Assembly: GCA_963798915.1 (NCBI GenBank)
Contig: CAWCVB010000006.1
Coordinates: 160,001 to 224,000 of the forward strand
Direction of reading: 5' to 3'
DNA: 64,000 nucleotides
Origin: an uncultured Gemmatimonadales bacterium
GTDB taxonomy: Bacteria; Gemmatimonadota; Gemmatimonadetes; Gemmatimonadales; GWC2-71-9
In this document: positions 60,148 to 64,000 of the stretch, piece after piece
How positions within the stretch are numbered: the first letter of the stretch is position 1
How the letters are laid out: each line of letters starts with the position of its first letter
Notes under the pieces: generated by a model
The model's input: only the letters and a program-made list of their open reading frames with translations
The model's database searches: none
Told to the model about the DNA's origin: nothing
Program-made: the position numbers and the translations under genes

Positions 60148-60831
60148 ATGGGACAGACTGCCCATGGGGTGCGAGAACGGGCCGTCGAAATCCATATCCA
60201 TGGCGCCCTCCTGAACGGGGACCTCAACCTGCCAGACAATCCGCGAGGCGCGGTGCTCTTTGCGCATGGCAGTGGTAGCAGCCGCTTCAGTACCAGGAAC
60301 CGCGCCGTCGCCCAGGACCTGAACGACGCCGGCTTCGCCACATTGCTGCTCGACCTGCTCTCGGCGCAGGAAGAAGCGGTGGACCAGATGACCGGTGAAC
60401 TGCGATTCGACATCCCGTTCCTTGGTGCGCGGCTCACGACGGCAGCCGACTGGCTGGCCGGCGACGCAGACACGTCCCGGCTGCCGATCGGTGTCTTCGG
60501 CGCCAGCACCGGCGCCGCCGCGGCCCTCATCGCGGCGGTCGAGCGCCCTGCTTTGGTCCGCGCCGTGGTGGCGCGCGGAGGGCGGCCGGACCTTGCCGGG
60601 CCGGCGCTTGGGCGGGTTCAGGCGCCAACGCTGCTGATCGTGGGCGGCGCGGACCACACGGTGCTTCAGCTGAACCGGGCCGCATTCGACGCGCTGAAAT
60701 GCGAGAAGCGGCTCGAGGTCATTCCCGGTGCGACTCATCTTTTTCCCGAGTCGGGTGCGCTGGAGGAGGTCGCCAGGCTGGCAGTGACGTGGATGCAGCG
60801 GTATGTGGAGGTGAGCCGGAGCAAGCCGTAG
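60148..60831 (+). CDS. Alpha/beta hydrolase (dienelactone hydrolase-like)
   Basis: FAHGSGSSRFS, GASTG nucleophile elbow, GGRPDLA, GGAD, GATHLF. Confidence 0.88.
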   Translation: MGQTAHGVRERAVEIHIHGALLNGDLNLPDNPRGAVLFAHGSGSSRFSTRNRAVAQDLNDAGFATLLLDLLSAQEEAVDQMTGELRFDIPFLGARLTTAADWLAGDADTSRLPIGVFGASTGAAAALIAAVERPALVRAVVARGGRPDLAGPALGRVQAPTLLIVGGADHTVLQLNRAAFDALKCEKRLEVIPGATHLFPESGALEEVARLAVTWMQRYVEVSRSKP

Positions 60832-60960
60832 GCTGAGCGGCTCGCATTTGATATCATTGCGAGCATTGCGTCGCGATGCGTAGCAAGCGCGCAGCCGATG
60901 CCGACCATGGCCGGAACGACGCACCCCGCTCTCCCCGCCTTCCCCGTCTCGCCCGTCCGG

Positions 60961-61423
60961 TCAGACCCGTCGCCCGACGAAGAAATGCTTCAACACCTCG
61001 CCGCATTCTTCGGCCATCAGCCCGCCAATCACCTCGGGACGATGGTTGAGGCGCGGATGCCGCAAGAGGTCGTACACCGACCCGGCCATGCCGGCGCGCG
61101 GATCCCAGGCGCCGAAGACCACCCGTTCCAGTTTCGACAGAATCACGGCGCCAGCACACTGGGCGCACGGCTCCATCGTGATGTAGAGCGTGACGCCCGG
61201 CAGCCGGACGTCCTCTCCCGATGCGAGGGCACGCTGGATGGCCAGCAGTTCGGCATGGGCCGTGGGATCATTCCGGTGGATGGTCTCATTGTGCGCCTCG
61301 GCGACGATTTCGCCGTCGCGCATGATCACCGCGCCCACTGGGATCTCATCCCGCACCGCCGCCGCACGGGCCAACCGCAGCGCCGCCGTCATGCCGGTCA
61401 GGTCCGAGGGCGACGGAGTCCCC

Positions 61424-61431
<8 letters not shown>
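60961..61431 (-). CDS. tadA: tRNA adenosine(34) deaminase
   Basis: [29 protein letters not shown] overlapping the clpB stop. Confidence 0.92.

Positions 61432-64000
<2,569 letters not shown>

Overview
GC-rich bacterial chromosome segment made up mostly of core genes. Gene order and protein sequences suggest Gemmatimonadota; this is an inference. Minus-strand blocks: clpB(5'-partial)-tadA; pyrR-pyrB-pyrC; site-2 protease-scpA-scpB-rluB-moxR-DUF58-batA/B-C/D-E-mutL-miaA-bshA-uppP-birA-coaX-ubiA-like; groES-groEL with a CIRCE operator; serS-histidine kinase-pcrA/uvrD-gatCAB; murA-pgeF; and nusA-L7Ae-infB-DUF503-rbfA-truB-ribF-secD-secF(3'-partial). Two tRNA-Ser genes (GGA, CGA) bracket a small accessory islet. 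Main observations: (1) a 125-bp tandem array behind tRNA-Ser(CGA), whose units rebuild an 89-nt acceptor/T-stem tRNA mimic with an insertion in the T-loop; (2) a decayed rimP remnant between an intact leader terminator and nusA; (3) a secreted protein with peptidylglycine-monooxygenase-like copper motifs; (4) a beta-barrel-NlpC/P60 fusion; (5) a CBS-PRTase-erythromycin esterase-hydrolase module next to NO-stress-type genes; (6) MurA with Asp at the fosfomycin-target Cys. No CRISPR array, rRNA, transposase or integrase was seen.
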